The translations under genes and the position numbers were made by a program. Of a stretch of DNA of 64,000 nucleotides, positions 1 to 12,910 are shown piece by piece (within the stretch, counting starts at the first letter, position 1; each line of letters starts with the position of its first letter). The notes under the pieces were generated by a model. That model saw nothing but the letters and a program-made list of their open reading frames with translations. It was not told the DNA's origin and searched no databases. The DNA comes from Octopus vulgaris (Eukaryota). The stretch covers positions 31,310,001-31,374,000 of the forward strand of contig OX597818.1 of the NCBI GenBank assembly GCA_951406725.2, given 5' to 3'.

Positions 1-312
1 CGGTCAACGCAGAACTCTATGTTCAGCAGATGGAACGACCCAACAGGGCTATTCAAGAGAAAAGACCCAATCGGCAGCATGGGGTTCTTCTGCTGCACAA
101 CAACGCCCGTCTTCATATCGCCAATATAAGCAAGGAAGCCATTCAAACGCATGGCTGGGAAGTGCTGCCACACCCACCGTACTCTCCTGATTTGGCACCA
201 ACAGATTCCCACCATTTCAATCTCTTTCAAATGCTATGCGCGGAGTTTTGTTCAGTACAGATGCAGAATTGAGAGCTTGGTTGGATCAATTTTTCGAGTC
301 GAAATCGGGATT
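1..312 (+). pseudogene. mariner (DD34D) transposase C-terminal fragment, frameshifted, runs off the window start
   Basis: ORF 30..272 has LLLHNNARLH (decayed HDNARPH) and WEVLPHPPYSPDLAPTD; the reading continues in another frame as MRGVLFSTDAELRAWLDQFFESK. Confidence 0.9.
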
Positions 313-430
313 TCTCTCAAGGAGAATTAGGGTCCTTGTGGCTACTCTACGTGTACGCATTGTAGTATTTAATGCATTTTTCAATTATGGAATAACTGAA
401 CGCCACGGATCCCGACTTTTGTTAACAGTA

Positions 431-835
431 TGCGCAGGCGTAGCTGTGTGGTATGGGGCTTCCTTCCCAACCACATGGTTCCGGGTTCAGCCCCACTGCG
501 TAGTACCTTACGCAAGTGACTTCTATTATAGCCTCGGGCCGATTAAAGCCTTGTGAGTGGATTTGGTATATGGAAACTGAAGGAAGCCCGTCGTATATAT
601 ATATGTTTATGTGTGTGTGTGTCTGTGTTTGTGTGTCTGTGTTTGTCCCTCCACCATCACTTGACAACCGATGTTGGTGTGTTTACGTCCCCGTAACTTA
701 GCGATTCGGCAAAAGGCACCGATAGAATAAGTACAAGGCTTACAAAGAATAAGTCCTGGGGTAGATTTCTTCCACTAAAAGTGGTGCTCTAGCATGGCCG
801 CAGTCAAATGACTGAAACAAGTAAAAGATTAAGTA
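431..835 (+). mobile_element. tRNA-headed SINE family A (CORE-like segment, internal (TA)/(TG) microsatellite), full length
   Basis: Head with B-box-like GGTTCAG; matches copies at 25478-25890 and 24110-24523; ends GCATGGCCGCAGTCAAATGACTGAAACAAGTAAAAGA. Confidence 0.85.
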
Positions 836-914
836 TGTATATATTCTTTGCGACTCTTTCTCTCTTTCTTTGTTTCTGTCTGTCTTTCTTTGTCTCTCTC
901 GTCCTAATATTCCT

Positions 915-1335
915 TTTCTTATTTCATTACTGCCCACAAGTGGCTATACACAGAGGGGACAAACAAGGATAGACAAAGGGATTAAGTCGATTACATCGAC
1001 TCCAGTGCGTAACTGATACCTATTTAATCGACCCCGAAAGGACGAAAGGCAAAAGTCGAGCTCGGCGGAATTTGAACTCAGAACGTAAAGACAGACGAAA
1101 TACCTATTTCTTTACTACCCACAAGGGGCTAAACACAGAGAGGACAAATAAAGACAGACAAACGGATTAAGTCGATTACATCGACCCCAGTGCGTAACTG
1201 ATACCTATTTAATCGACCCCGAAAGGATGAAAGGCAAAAGTCGAGCTCGGCGGAATTTGAACTCAGAACGTAAAGACAGACGAAATACCGCTCAGCATTT
1301 CGACCGGCGTGCTAACGTTTCTGCCAGCTCGCCGC
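915..1335 (-). mobile_element. SINE family B (Meta/MESC-like central domain): one full copy plus a tandem headless copy
   Basis: The minus strand reads GCGGCGAGCTGGCAGAAACGTTAGCACG...GAGTTCAAATTCCGCCGAG...GCCTTTCATCCTTTCGGGGTCGAT; units ~915-1104 and ~1105-1335. Confidence 0.85.
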
Positions 1336-1737
1336 ACTATTCCTTTTCTAGCGTCCCTACTACCTCCCGCCCTCTCTCTCGTCTTCTTACACTTAACTGT
1401 AGACTTTCTCCCTTCCTTTCTTACTAATTCTTTTTTTAATATTCATTTGAGGATTTCTTCCAGGCGTTACCCAACACTCTAGCGTTTGGCCGAATGGCTC
1501 TATTTATTGTCATCGTCTACCGTTTCAAGTTACATTTGTTTACTTTAGTACGTCCTCCCTGTATTGTTTTGTTTGCTCAAGCCCTAATTCTACTCAAATC
1601 TTGCGGGTGCCGCCTATATACGAAATTCCCAGTCTGTCCTACGTGTATGTTTTGTAGTATTTAATGCATTTTTCATTTATGAAATAACTGAACGTCACGC
1701 ATTCCGACTTTTGTTAACAGTAAGTTTAATATATATA

Positions 1738-2133
1738 CTAGCAGTATCGCCCGGCGTTGCTCGGGTTTGTAAGGGAAATAACTATATAAGCATTTTTAGA
1801 GATGTAAAGTATAATAGCCATCTCAATATGGCTAACCACAAAGGGGGGGGGGTGTTACTGTAGCTTTTTACGGTCTGAGATTTAATAAATTTTTAGAGAG
1901 TTACTTCCCTTATATATGCCAAAAATGCATTAAAAATGGGAAAAATTGACGGTAAATTTTTTTTTAAATCGTAGACTCATCGTAGACGCGCGCTAATACC
2001 CAGAAGGGCTCGATATGAATCACGACTATAAGATACCCGGTTTTGGTTAAACTGCACCGCAAAATGTGGGAGTAGTTAGGAATCTAAATCGTAGGAGACA
2101 GACAGCACACAACCTCTCTTTTATATATAAAGA
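1738..2133 (-). mobile_element. non-autonomous Helitron
   Basis: The minus strand starts A|TCTTTATATATAAAAG and ends with hairpin CCCGAGCAACGCCGGG then CTAG|T; a close second copy lies at 2541-2934. Confidence 0.85.
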
Positions 2134-2160
2134 TATATATATATATATATATATATATAT

Positions 2161-2486
2161 CATAAAATACAAAATGGGACAAGAACGCAACAACTAGGTG
2201 ATACAAAAAGGGACAACAAAACATCCAGATAGACGATACAAAAAAACACGGACGGGTTCATTCGTAGCTTTTTATCTTCAGTCAAGAACCGGATCCTCCT
2301 CGCAATTTCGGTTGATTAATCTTGAGATTGCTCCAATCTGGTCAGCCCCATGGAAAAACTAAGTTAAGAGCATTAGATTCCTTGGAAAAATGCATCGAAT
2401 GTATACGAAACAAGGACGGAAAAACGGACGATGTTACACGAATATAAATACAAAAATACAATAAAAAACAAAAAAATGATAATAAT

Positions 2487-2488
<2 letters not shown>
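2161..2488 (-). repeat. (TA)n-flanked interspersed repeat, same family as 48930-49480
   Basis: Shared ~230 bp (ATACAAAA..GGGACAAGAACGCAA...GCAATTTCGGTTG...CATTAGATTCCTTGGAA); bounded by (TA)n. Confidence 0.7.
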
Positions 2489-2540
<52 letters not shown>

Positions 2541-2543
<3 letters not shown>

Positions 2544-2934
2544 GCAGTCTCGCGCGGCGTTGCTCGGGTTTGTAAGGGAAATAATTATATAAGCATTTTT
2601 AGAGATGTAAAGTATAATAGCAATCTCAATATGGCTAACCACAAAGGGGGAGGGGTGTTACTGTAGCTTTTTACGTTCTGAGATTTAATAATAAATTTTA
2701 GAGAGTTACTTCCCTTATATATGTCAAAAATGGATTAAAAATGGGAAAAATTGATGGTAAATTTTTTTTAAATCGTAGACTCATCGTAGAAGCGCGCTAA
2801 TACCCAGACGGTCTCGATATGAATCACGACTATAAGATACCCGGTTTTGGTTAAACTGCACCGCAAAATGTGGGAGTAGTTAGGAATCTAAATCGTAGGA
2901 GACAGACATACAACCTCACTTTTATATATAAAGA
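2541..2934 (-). mobile_element. non-autonomous Helitron, second copy
   Basis: Aligns end to end with 1738-2133; 5' TC and 3' hairpin kept, terminal CTAG mutated. Confidence 0.85.
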
Positions 2935-3034
2935 TTTCCTCTATTTACATAATATTGAGGTCTCTTTCTTTCTTTTGTTATCTTACTGTTTTTACCAATA
3001 TACATATATATATATATATATAAATATATATATA

Positions 3035-3357
3035 GTTACAGAGATGTACTTGCATAGCAAGTGACTTGATCTGAGATCGTGTGCTGGAACGAAAACAGTT
3101 GCAGCGTTGAAGGTGTTTATAAGCCATTTAAGAAACACACAAAAACCGTTAGATTCACTTCAACATTTAAATTTAATTTGTCAAAATATTTTCGTCGCTT
3201 TGAGACCGCGACCTGTTAGCACGATATTTTTGTTAGTGAACAGGTCGCGGTCTGAAAGCGACGAAAATATTTTGGCAAATTAAATTTAAATGTTGAAGTG
3301 AATGTAACGGTTTTTGTGTGTTTCTTAAATGGCTTACAAACACCTTCCACGCTGCAA
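3035..3357. mobile_element. foldback element in (TA)n, putative non-autonomous Penelope-like element
   Basis: Inverted arms 3099-3217 and 3239-3357; (TA)n on both sides; contains a hammerhead-like fold. Confidence 0.7.
3229..3279 (+). ncRNA. hammerhead ribozyme-like motif, G3-C8 core variant
   Basis: TTTGTTA / GTGAACA / G / GTCGC..GCGAC / GAAA / ATAT / TT / TGGCAAA: stems I and II pair; stem III region is the palindrome AATATT. Confidence 0.6.
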
Positions 3358-3440
3358 TATATATATACACACATATATATATATGTATGTATGTATGTAT
3401 GTGTGTATATGTGTCTGCATGTATGTGTGTGTGTGTGCGT

Positions 3441-3658
3441 GTCTGTGCTTGTGATTGTCCTCCACCACTGCTTGACAACGAATGTTGGTTTGTTTACATC
3501 CCTGTCACCTAGTGGTTTGACAAAGGAAACAGATAGAATAAGTACGATGCTTACAAAAATAAAAGTGGAGTTGATTCATTAAACTACAATTCTTCAAGGC
3601 ATTGCCCCAGCATGGCCACAGACCAATGGCTGGAAAAAGCAGAAGAATAAAAGAATAC
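3441..3658 (+). mobile_element. SINE family A, 3' half, diverged
   Basis: CCACTGCTTGACAACG..TTGG..TGTTTACATCCC..GATAGAATAAGTAC..CCAGCATGGCCACAG. Confidence 0.75.
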
Positions 3659-3714
3659 ATTCTCTGCTTTGGTCTTATGTTCAAGGCATGAGAAAGCTTG
3701 AGTTTACATGAGAA

Positions 3715-3988
3715 GGCCTAACAGACCTGGTAGAAACAGCAGCCAAATCTCCCTCAAATCACACCTTACTGTCTTATGTATGTATATATATATGAGCCAA
3801 TGAGGGGGACCTCTACATGGTAGCTAGACCTGGTAGAAATAGCAGCCAAATTTCCCCCAAATCACACCTTACTGTCTTATCTATGTATATATGTATGTAT
3901 GAGCCTATGAGGGAGACCCCTACATGGCAGCTAGACATGGTAGAAATAGCAGCCAAATCTCCCTCAAATCACACCTTACTGTCTTATC
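3715..3988 (+). repeat. three tandem ~110 bp units
   Basis: Repeated AGACCTGGTAGAAA(T/C)AGCAGCCAAATCTCCCTCAAATCACACCTTACTGTCTTAT; a related motif lies near 55307-55345. Confidence 0.8.
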
Positions 3989-4019
3989 TTTCTGCTACTT
4001 GGATATAGGTGTTATATTC

Positions 4020-4483
4020 GTCGTAAAAAACTTTCCTGTCACATACTCACGTACACACACACACGCACCCTCACACACACACACACGCGCACACACACAC
4101 ACACACACTCACACACACGCACGTTAGCTTACAATTTTATTTATATATTTGCTTGTCTATGTGTGGAAAGAGGAAGTGGGAGGCAGAGTGAAAGAATCAC
4201 TCACTACAGTAAGTGAATTACTTTCATTTTATTCGTTGCCCACTGTGTGTGTGCGTTTGCGTGTGGTGTAAACCAGACTAAGAAAAGCATTTGACACACA
4301 CACCAGAATGTGAGTTTTCTGTAAATTTTGCTTAATTGGAGTTTAAATTTTAAAAACTGGACCTGGCATGACGCGATGCATTGTACTCTTAAAAATGCTA
4401 GGTAAATTGTAATTGAAGAAATCCTATATTGTAGATTTGTATAACTCCCAAAGGGAGGCAGATAAAATCTGCCTTTTATAATA

Positions 4484-4486
<3 letters not shown>
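4020..4486 (-). mobile_element. probable Helitron 5' portion
   Basis: The minus strand begins A|TCTTATTATAAAAGGCAG like the other Helitron 5' ends; no 3' hairpin/CTAG found, left boundary uncertain. Confidence 0.4.
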
Positions 4487-4548
<62 letters not shown>

Positions 4549-4994
4549 TTATACATATACGTGTTTGTGTGAGTGTATGCGTGTGTGTTTGTGTGTGTAT
4601 GTGTATGTAAGCGGCATGCCTATTTAATGATTAAATATGGAAAAAAAAAAAAAAGAAATATGGAAAAACTGCATAAACCTTTGTAAAAGCTGTAATCAGC
4701 GGAACCGGATACAGGTAATTTAAATATGACTTTTTCCTACGCTACGAAAAAAAAAAAAAGAAAAAAAAACTTTTATCTCGAAAGCTCAAAAATTATGCAG
4801 GGTTGTCAAACATTGATTCATATTACCCAAACATTGGTACCTTACCCACACATTGATACCTATTAGTGCTTGGGTAGGGTAACTTTTGGACTTTCCTGTA
4901 TATTAAAACCTTTTTATGTACGAAAAACTCGAAGCAACATGTGACTCGTTATTTTCTCATGCTCCTTCCCATCCTTCTCTTTTTTTATTATATA

Positions 4995-5187
4995 TCTTTT
5001 ATCTTTATTCAGTCAACTAACTGGGGCATCGCCTTGAAAGATTTTAGTCGAACACATCGATCCTAGGACTTATTTAAGCCTAGTACCTATTTTATCGTGT
5101 TCTTTTGCCGAACCGCTAATTTACGGGGACATAAACACACTAACATCGGCTGCGAAGCGGTCGTGGGGGACAAACGCAGGCACAAAG

Positions 5188-5190
<3 letters not shown>
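4995..5190 (-). mobile_element. SINE family A, 3' half
   Basis: Reverse complement of the family A tail (TTTTGCCGAACCGCTAA..ACGGGGACATAAACACAC). Confidence 0.75.
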
Positions 5191-5245
<55 letters not shown>

Positions 5246-6214
5246 CACAGACACACACACACATATATCTGATAAATTCCTCTATTTACATGATATCGAG
5301 ATCTCCTTCATTCTTTTGTTGTCTTACCATTACTATTAATATATATATATATAAAAGAAAATTTTGACGCATTATCGACTTCTTTTCAGTATTCCTTATA
5401 TATATGTGTGTGTGTGTGAGAGTGCGTGTGTGTTTGTGTGTATGTGTGTGTGAGTGTGTACGTTCGTGTGTGTGTGTGTCTATTTGAATATGCATACACG
5501 CGTGCGCACACATATATACATACTTATTACAGAGATCGGTAGCTTAATAAATGTCTATGTTATATACATACGGAAATGTATTGTGTGTGCATGTGTGTGT
5601 GTGTGTGTGTGTGTGTATCATATCTCATGGCGTCGTTTTATGTGGAGAGAAAAGACTCTAAGATGACCTTTTTACAAAGTCCATATTTCATAACTGTTTT
5701 AATATTCCCGGCCATATTTTCTAGATATGTATTTGTAAGTGTCCTAACTGACAGCGTACGTTGGTTGGCATTAACAATGTAAAGCAAAACAAAATGAAAC
5801 AAATTATAAATGAATAGGGGAAAAAATAACAATGAGTTCAACCCACGGCAAAAAATTTTATTTTTTGCGCATCAGAATTTTCATTGTATGAAATTATTGG
5901 CCGTTAGCGCAAGATCTTACACAGAGTGAATTAGTTCTAGTTGAGAGTTAGTGAAAGCTATTGACTGTATTCCCATATTAAATTTGATTCAGTTATTAGA
6001 TTTTATGCGGTACTTGTTACCTACAGCTTTTATTCAGTATACTATGTAGCAATAATATACTGATAATAGAAAGGATGTGAGAGTGTGACCCCCACCTCTC
6101 TCTCCCTCTCTCTCTCATTCTATCTATCTGGCTGGTTGTGAGACTGTGTGTCTTTGTGTCTGTCTGTCTATTTGTCTGTCTGTGTGTCTGTCCATCCATC
6201 CATCCATCCATCCA

Positions 6215-6287
<73 letters not shown>

Positions 6288-6302
6288 GTCTGTTTGTCTA
6301 TG

Positions 6303-6333
<31 letters not shown>

Positions 6334-6599
6334 CTATCTATCTATCTTTTGCGTGACTGTGTGTCTTTGTGTCTGTATGTGTTTGTCTGTCTATCTATCC
6401 ATCCATCCATCCATCTCTCTCTCTCTCTCTCTCTATCAATCTACACATACATACGTACATACATACGTACATGCATACATACATACATATATACATACAT
6501 ACATACATACATACATGCATGCATACATACATACATACATACATGCATACATACATACATGCACTGCAACAGCTTTATTAAATGCAACTCTCATGTTCT

Positions 6600-7450
6600 T
6601 AGAAAGGTAACATTTTACCATTTCTCTCTAAATGTAGGATATGTTGAAGCATGTTCTCACCACATCAGTAAGTGTACGTTTGGGAAAGAAAGACACACTT
6701 TACTTAAAATGGCCAGAGATTAAGACTGTTCTCCATCCATGATTTTAGTTTTACTTCTGAGAAATTGCAAGTTGTGATCGAAAGCCTGAAATGCATGTCT
6801 ACGAGATATTATTCACTTATCCCAAGTTGGACCTTTTTAGAATCTCATCGAAAAGAGATATTTGGTCAGCATTGAACACAAGACTTTCATAGAGCAAGGT
6901 TGAGTGGCAGCATGAAAACAGGATGAGAAGATTTCTTAACAATGAGCTAAGTTGTAGTGATTCCTAATGGTGCCACTGTAATAGCAATCTACTAAAATGA
7001 ACAAACGTTTTGCCAAAAATTAAGTTGATCAAAAAGGTTGCCACTGAGTAGCTGTCATCAATTGTTTAATCCTTTCATGAGCTAATTTTTAGTCAGCAAC
7101 TAATGGCTGTTTTTTTTTTTTGCAGGTATACAGTTGTAACTATTGAGTGCAATAAGTGGTTGCTTGAAGCAGCTCTCGACTGAAATGTGCAGCTGTAGTT
7201 CGTACTGGGGCAGGTGTTCGACACTTTTCAAAATCCTTTCCAGCCACGAATTCTACCTTTAAGAAAGGAATACTACTTGAGTGTAAAAGGCAGAAATAAA
7301 CTTCAGATGAAATTTTGCTACCATATTTGAATGTCTTCTGTCATGATGTCCTCGTAATTATGCCACAGTTGACTTTTGGATAACAAGCGTCTCTTGTTTG
7401 AAGAATTCGACACTGCGCCTTACTCCAAGGTGTTAATCTAGTCTATATTT
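6600..7450 (-). pseudogene. highly decayed pogo/Tigger (CENP-B HTH + DDE) transposase relic
   Basis: Manual minus-strand translation gives FLKG*NSWLERI (~7230-7268, cf. FKASNGWLERF), then ESLVFNADQ (~6860-6890, cf. IFNADET), in the expected order. Confidence 0.5.
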
Positions 7451-8220
7451 CTTCAGTTCGTATCTTGATTGGCAAACTTCTCGGTAAAAATCATATACAA
7501 ATGCAGCGACTATTCTAAGTTGTTGGATTGACACTGGACTATAAACATCCTTCAGAGGAAGTCTTACAATAAAAACACTTACAGTCGTTGCGATGCACCA
7601 TGTAGTTATACCCTACACTGTTTTCACAATCGGAAATTTCCGATGTCTAAAATCTAGAAGTTAAGGGACTACTTTGAAAGAAAATCCTTAGTCGGAAATA
7701 GTGTGTGATTTGGCTATTTTATCGCATTCATTTATCCGATCTAGCAATTCAGTGGTGATAAAACGAAGTTCCAGTCAAGAACTGAGATCAATCGTATCTA
7801 TTTACTCCTGTCCTCAGAATTGCTGGCCTTGTGCTTAAATCGCAAGCCCAAAGAGTTATTTAGTTCTAGGTTAAAACACACTGAAGAAGCCTATGGTCAA
7901 AAGACTTCTAGCCGTGACAATCCTATGTTTTATAATTACAACAGAACCTAATGTGTCTTTTTATTTTTAAGACAGTAAGGATGACTTGACTGAGAGCTCA
8001 TGCTGACTTTCTTCTATCTGATTTATGATAAAGGATAGTCGAGCTGTGACCACCACATATATATTGAAAAATTTGTTTTTTACACTATCTAATCTATAAT
8101 TCCTTTATATAAAAGGATAAGTGTTGAGGGAGATTTATTTGCTGTTGGAGTGACCACTTAGAGACACCTTTCATGGGTCGATGCGATACATAACAGTAAA
8201 AGTATAACTGGAGTTTCTCA

Positions 8221-9199
8221 TCTTTATATATATAAAACTGAGAATGTGTGTCTGTCTGTCTGTATGTGTGTTTCCCTAAAACTTGAGAATTACACAACCA
8301 ATTTCATTCAAATTTTACACATGCCTTACTTAGGGTCCATGTAGTTTCATGGGCAGAAAAATGTTCAACTTCTTGCCTAGAGCGAGTCCATAGCAATATC
8401 ATATCTTCTCCACTATTTCAGTATTACGTGTTAAAAGTGAAACAAAAACTTTTCTCTATTTTATGTCAGATATTTTCACTTTAACAATAAAAATAATAAT
8501 AACAATTGAATTATATGTAGTAAGTAATAATTAAAATCAAACTAAAGTATAATATAATCGTAACATAACAAAAGTAAAAATAGCAATTGGTATAAAATTG
8601 CATCAATGACTTGAACTTGAATAAGTGGTTTTACATGAATGGGAATAAATTAAAAATAAAATTAGCGTGCAGAAATGGAATAGTCCAGATGGATAATAAA
8701 AAATTAAATTAAAGAAAAGACTATTGTCTATAAAGTATACAATGTAGAGAAAAAAGAAGATTTGAACACATGGAGGAAAGCACCTTCGAAAAGTTTCTTG
8801 GTGCGACTATGGAAGGTATCTAATCAGAGGCGGTAAATTAGCCACAATAGAAGCAAGGTTCGAGTCAACGGAACGTGCAAGGGAGTACTGGACTCGAACT
8901 TGCAAAGTGGAAATATTTTATTTTTACCTTTATATCTGGGACGTAGGACGTCCCGGAAAAAAATTAAAAATGGAGGACAACATATAATTGATCGAAATTA
9001 CAAGAGACGGGCTAACAATTCCAGTCTGTAATATATTTTGACTATTGTTATCACTAGCGATATCAAGATATAACTTTGTATTTTGTATTTTATGTGTAGA
9101 TGTATATATATAGATGTACATGTAATATGTACACATATATATACACATATATATATGCACTAGCACTATGACCCGGCAACGACGGGTCTTTAGTGCTAG
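8221..9199 (+). mobile_element. non-autonomous Helitron, complete termini
   Basis: A|TCTTTATATATATAAAACTG start; 3' hairpin TAGCACTATGACCCG-GCAACGA-CGGGTCTTTAGTGCTA ending CTAG|T. Confidence 0.85.
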
Positions 9200-9611
9200 T
9201 AACACTATAAATTGGTGTCACGATTACTTCGCCAAGTATTTAGAAGTTATGCAGTGATCAATATCCTAAAAGCTTCCTGTTTCAAAGTGATCTACACTAA
9301 ATTCATCCGTCAACCTTACGTGTTAGTTCCAAACAAGAGCTTAGTAATGACAATGTTATATTTGTAAATGAGTCTTTATTTTAAAAATTGATTTCATAGA
9401 AATATGATAATAAAAAGTGTTAAGAAATTAGGCAAGGGTGGTTTTCGGTAGAAGGGGAAGGGGTAGTAATTCCGGCCGCGGTAGAACAAGAATTGGAAAC
9501 GCATTCAGTGCTGGAGATGAGATACCATCAGAGCAATGCTGTTGCTTAATGTAATATGTGCGACACTATGTATGCATCTGTGTGTGTGTGTGATGTGTGT
9601 TGTGTGGTGCG

Positions 9612-9650
<39 letters not shown>

Positions 9651-9983
9651 ACGTAAGTTTTTGCCCACATTTAAGAGTGTGTGATTATATGTATTTCAAG
9701 CAACGAATATTAAGAGACTAGTCATGCGGAGTAATAGAAAGATACAGGCTTTGCAATTTGAACAAATGACGTAACTGAATGAAAAGGCTAGCGGAAAATA
9801 GAATACAATGAGGGAGAGAGGGAGAGAGAGAGAGTAAGAGATAGAGAGATAGAGAGAGAGAGGAAGAGAGAGAGAATAAGAGAGAGGAAAAGAAAGATGT
9901 ATATATAGAGTTGATATGCATATTGGTATATAAATATACCGATGTATATATGTATACATATTTATGTACATGTATATATATAT

Positions 9984-10015
<32 letters not shown>

Positions 10016-10560
10016 CTGTGTGTAGGAATATATTTATACATATTATATGTATATAACTGTGTGTGTGTATGTGTGTGTTTGTGTTTGTGCGTATACATAG
10101 GGAAAGAGGGAAAGATAGAGAGGGCGATAGAAGGAAAGTGAGATGAACGGAAAGATAGAAGGATATAGAGAGAAAGTGATAGATATAGAAAGACGAATAT
10201 AGAAGGGGGAGACAGAAAGAGAAATATATATATATACATTTATATATACACAGCAAGACAGAGAAATAAGAGAGGAAGAGAGAGGGGGAGGGAGAAAGTT
10301 GGAGAAGGATAGAGAGAAGAGAGAGAGAGAGAATTATAATATCTGTATTAACGTCCATGCATCAAAAGCAAACGCCATATTAAGCGAGGAAGGTCAGAAG
10401 GAGAGTAAGGAGAAGATGATAAATGGAGAGATAGCAATCTCACCTCGATATTGGAATCTGTTTCTAACAGGTTTGTTTCCTGCCAGACAAATACTAATTA
10501 TTGCAGATATGATGTTCACTTGATCTTAATTTGGAGGAATTCAATTTCACCGATACACGG

Positions 10561-10865
<305 letters not shown>

Positions 10866-11454
10866 ATGGGTGTGTATTTGTGAGCATGCATGCTGGGATA
10901 TTACCCCGACATGCGTAAACAGGCCTATGATCAAGCAAAGCCGCTAGTCACAACAAGTTCGAACACACAAGCCATATTAGCAATAGTTTAGAGTGATAAG
11001 AACAAAGCGTGCTGTTCAGCTGGCCAAAGATTAAGATTAACTAATACACGGGGCGATGTCTATTATCATACTTCATGGGAAATGAGAAATGACAATGCAG
11101 AGGCTATGTCTAACATAATAATAATTACTCCAGGAATGGCGTCCCTTTGCGGATTCATTTGTTCACGAAGCGAGCCATGCATTTTGAAAAGCGGGAGTTA
11201 TTTGGTGTCAACCACGTGGCTAGATTAATATTATTTAGAGTTAGTGGCTGGACAATTAATTGTTAGAATATGATGGGTGCAATAAAATGATATTTCGTTC
11301 ATTTGCTTACGGCAATATGGATTTCTATGTGTTATCAGCTATAATATCAGACAATATCTTGAGTATAAAGGTTTTTATTAAATCTGTTTGTAATAATGAT
11401 TGAGCGCTACCATTGTTCATTTTACTCTGAATTACTTGTAGATTGTTCAGATTG

Positions 11455-11474
11455 CTGTAGCAGTAGTAGTAGTA

Positions 11475-11513
<39 letters not shown>

Positions 11514-11615
11514 CTTCTTCTTCTTCTTCTTCTTCTTCTTCTTCTTCTTCTTCTTCTTCTTCTTCTTCTCAATAATAATAATGATAATAATAATAATAAT
11601 AATAATGATAATAAT

Positions 11616-11709
<94 letters not shown>

Positions 11710-11710
11710 A
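11455..11710. repeat. compound trinucleotide microsatellite (GTA)(GTT)(CTT)(AAT)(ATT)
   Basis: Read directly. Confidence 0.98.
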
Positions 11711-12738
11711 TTCTTTCTGAAGAGCAACACATAAAAGCAAACGACTATACAACTCAAAGGACAGTAAAAGTCTCTTACAGTGCGTGTAAAGAGTAACATT
11801 TAAAAAATAACAAGTAATATTGAAAATTTCAACAATAAAATTCCCCAAAGGGGACGGAACTCCGCCTTGGGGCTACCAAGGAATTTCACTCTTCATGGAC
11901 ACACTGAATGCCAAAGGCATCTAAGGCATCATTCCTTTCGGCTAAGAGGTGCATGCTCAGAATAGGCCCATTCGCATGGCCACTTTCGCCGTATTCACCC
12001 ATCTTTCCACAAAACCATTGGTGAGCGGGGTGGGAGGCATACTTCTTTCACTTTCACTTTCTTTTTCAAGTCGAACTTGAAAATGGGTTTACAGTTTTCT
12101 TTCTTTCGTTGAAGTTGCCTCAAATACGAGCCCAAGATATAAAACATCTGTTTGATAGAGCTGGGTGCCAATGAAATGTGTATCAATAAGTCATTGCATT
12201 ACCGAAAGATCAAGACAGTTTGTAAAATATTTTATTCTCCCTTGGCTAGTGAATGTACAAAGAACAATAAACGTGATATTTGAAAGGGGGGAGGAAACGA
12301 AAAAGGGAGCTATGTATGTGCGTTGCAAACTTGGCGAAGAGCAGCTTGTATCACAACACAGGAGGTGATGTAAAATATATTGGGAACAATGTCAATCTAT
12401 GACTAGTCAGAACTTTTGTGGTATAGTAAAGCACCGAATTAACAGATAATAACATGTGGCCTGATGGGATCCATAATTGATATACAACTCACACTGTGTA
12501 ATAGACATACAAGTCACACAGCTTTAGAATTATTTAAAGAGTATGGAATTCTGTGGAATATTCAAACGGTTACACAATAATTTCATTAGCAAATGGTTCA
12601 CTAACTGAATTTTACTCGTTCGCATTTAGCGTGACTTTAAGGACATTGCTCCAAAATGAAGAGAACGTCAAGAGAACGACAGAAGGGGATTCTGCAGTTT
12701 GATGCTGAAGAATTTGCACAGATGATTTGACTATAATT

Positions 12739-12830
12739 GCGCAGGAATGGCTTTGTGGTAAAAAAGCTTGCTTCCCAATTACATGGTTCCGGGTTCAGTC
12801 CCACTGCGTGGCACCTTTGGTAAGTGTCTT
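12739..12830 (+). mobile_element. SINE family A, 5' fragment
   Basis: GCGCAGGAATGGCTTTGTGGTAA..CATGGTTCCGGGTTCAGTCCCACTGCGTGGCACC. Confidence 0.75.
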
Positions 12831-12870
12831 TTTTTTATATCTGTTCTATGCATTAGCTCCCTTCCTCCAT

Positions 12871-12910
12871 CTAATCCTAACCCTAACCTTAACCCTAACC
12901 CTAACCCTAA
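12871..12910 (-). repeat. short interstitial (TTAGGG)n-like tract
   Basis: CTAATCCTAACCCTAACCTTAACCCTAACCCTAACCCTAA on the plus strand. Confidence 0.8.

Noticed and set aside
2295-2360. Hammerhead in the 2161/48930 repeat family
   Set aside because: A stem and GAAA exist on the minus strand but no CUGANGA-like core in either copy.
3715-3988. CRISPR-like repeat-spacer array
   Set aside because: Whole units including the intervening parts are homologous; eukaryotic context, no cas genes.
12871-12910. True telomere or fusion site
   Set aside because: Only about six imperfect units, internal, with no inverted telomeric junction.
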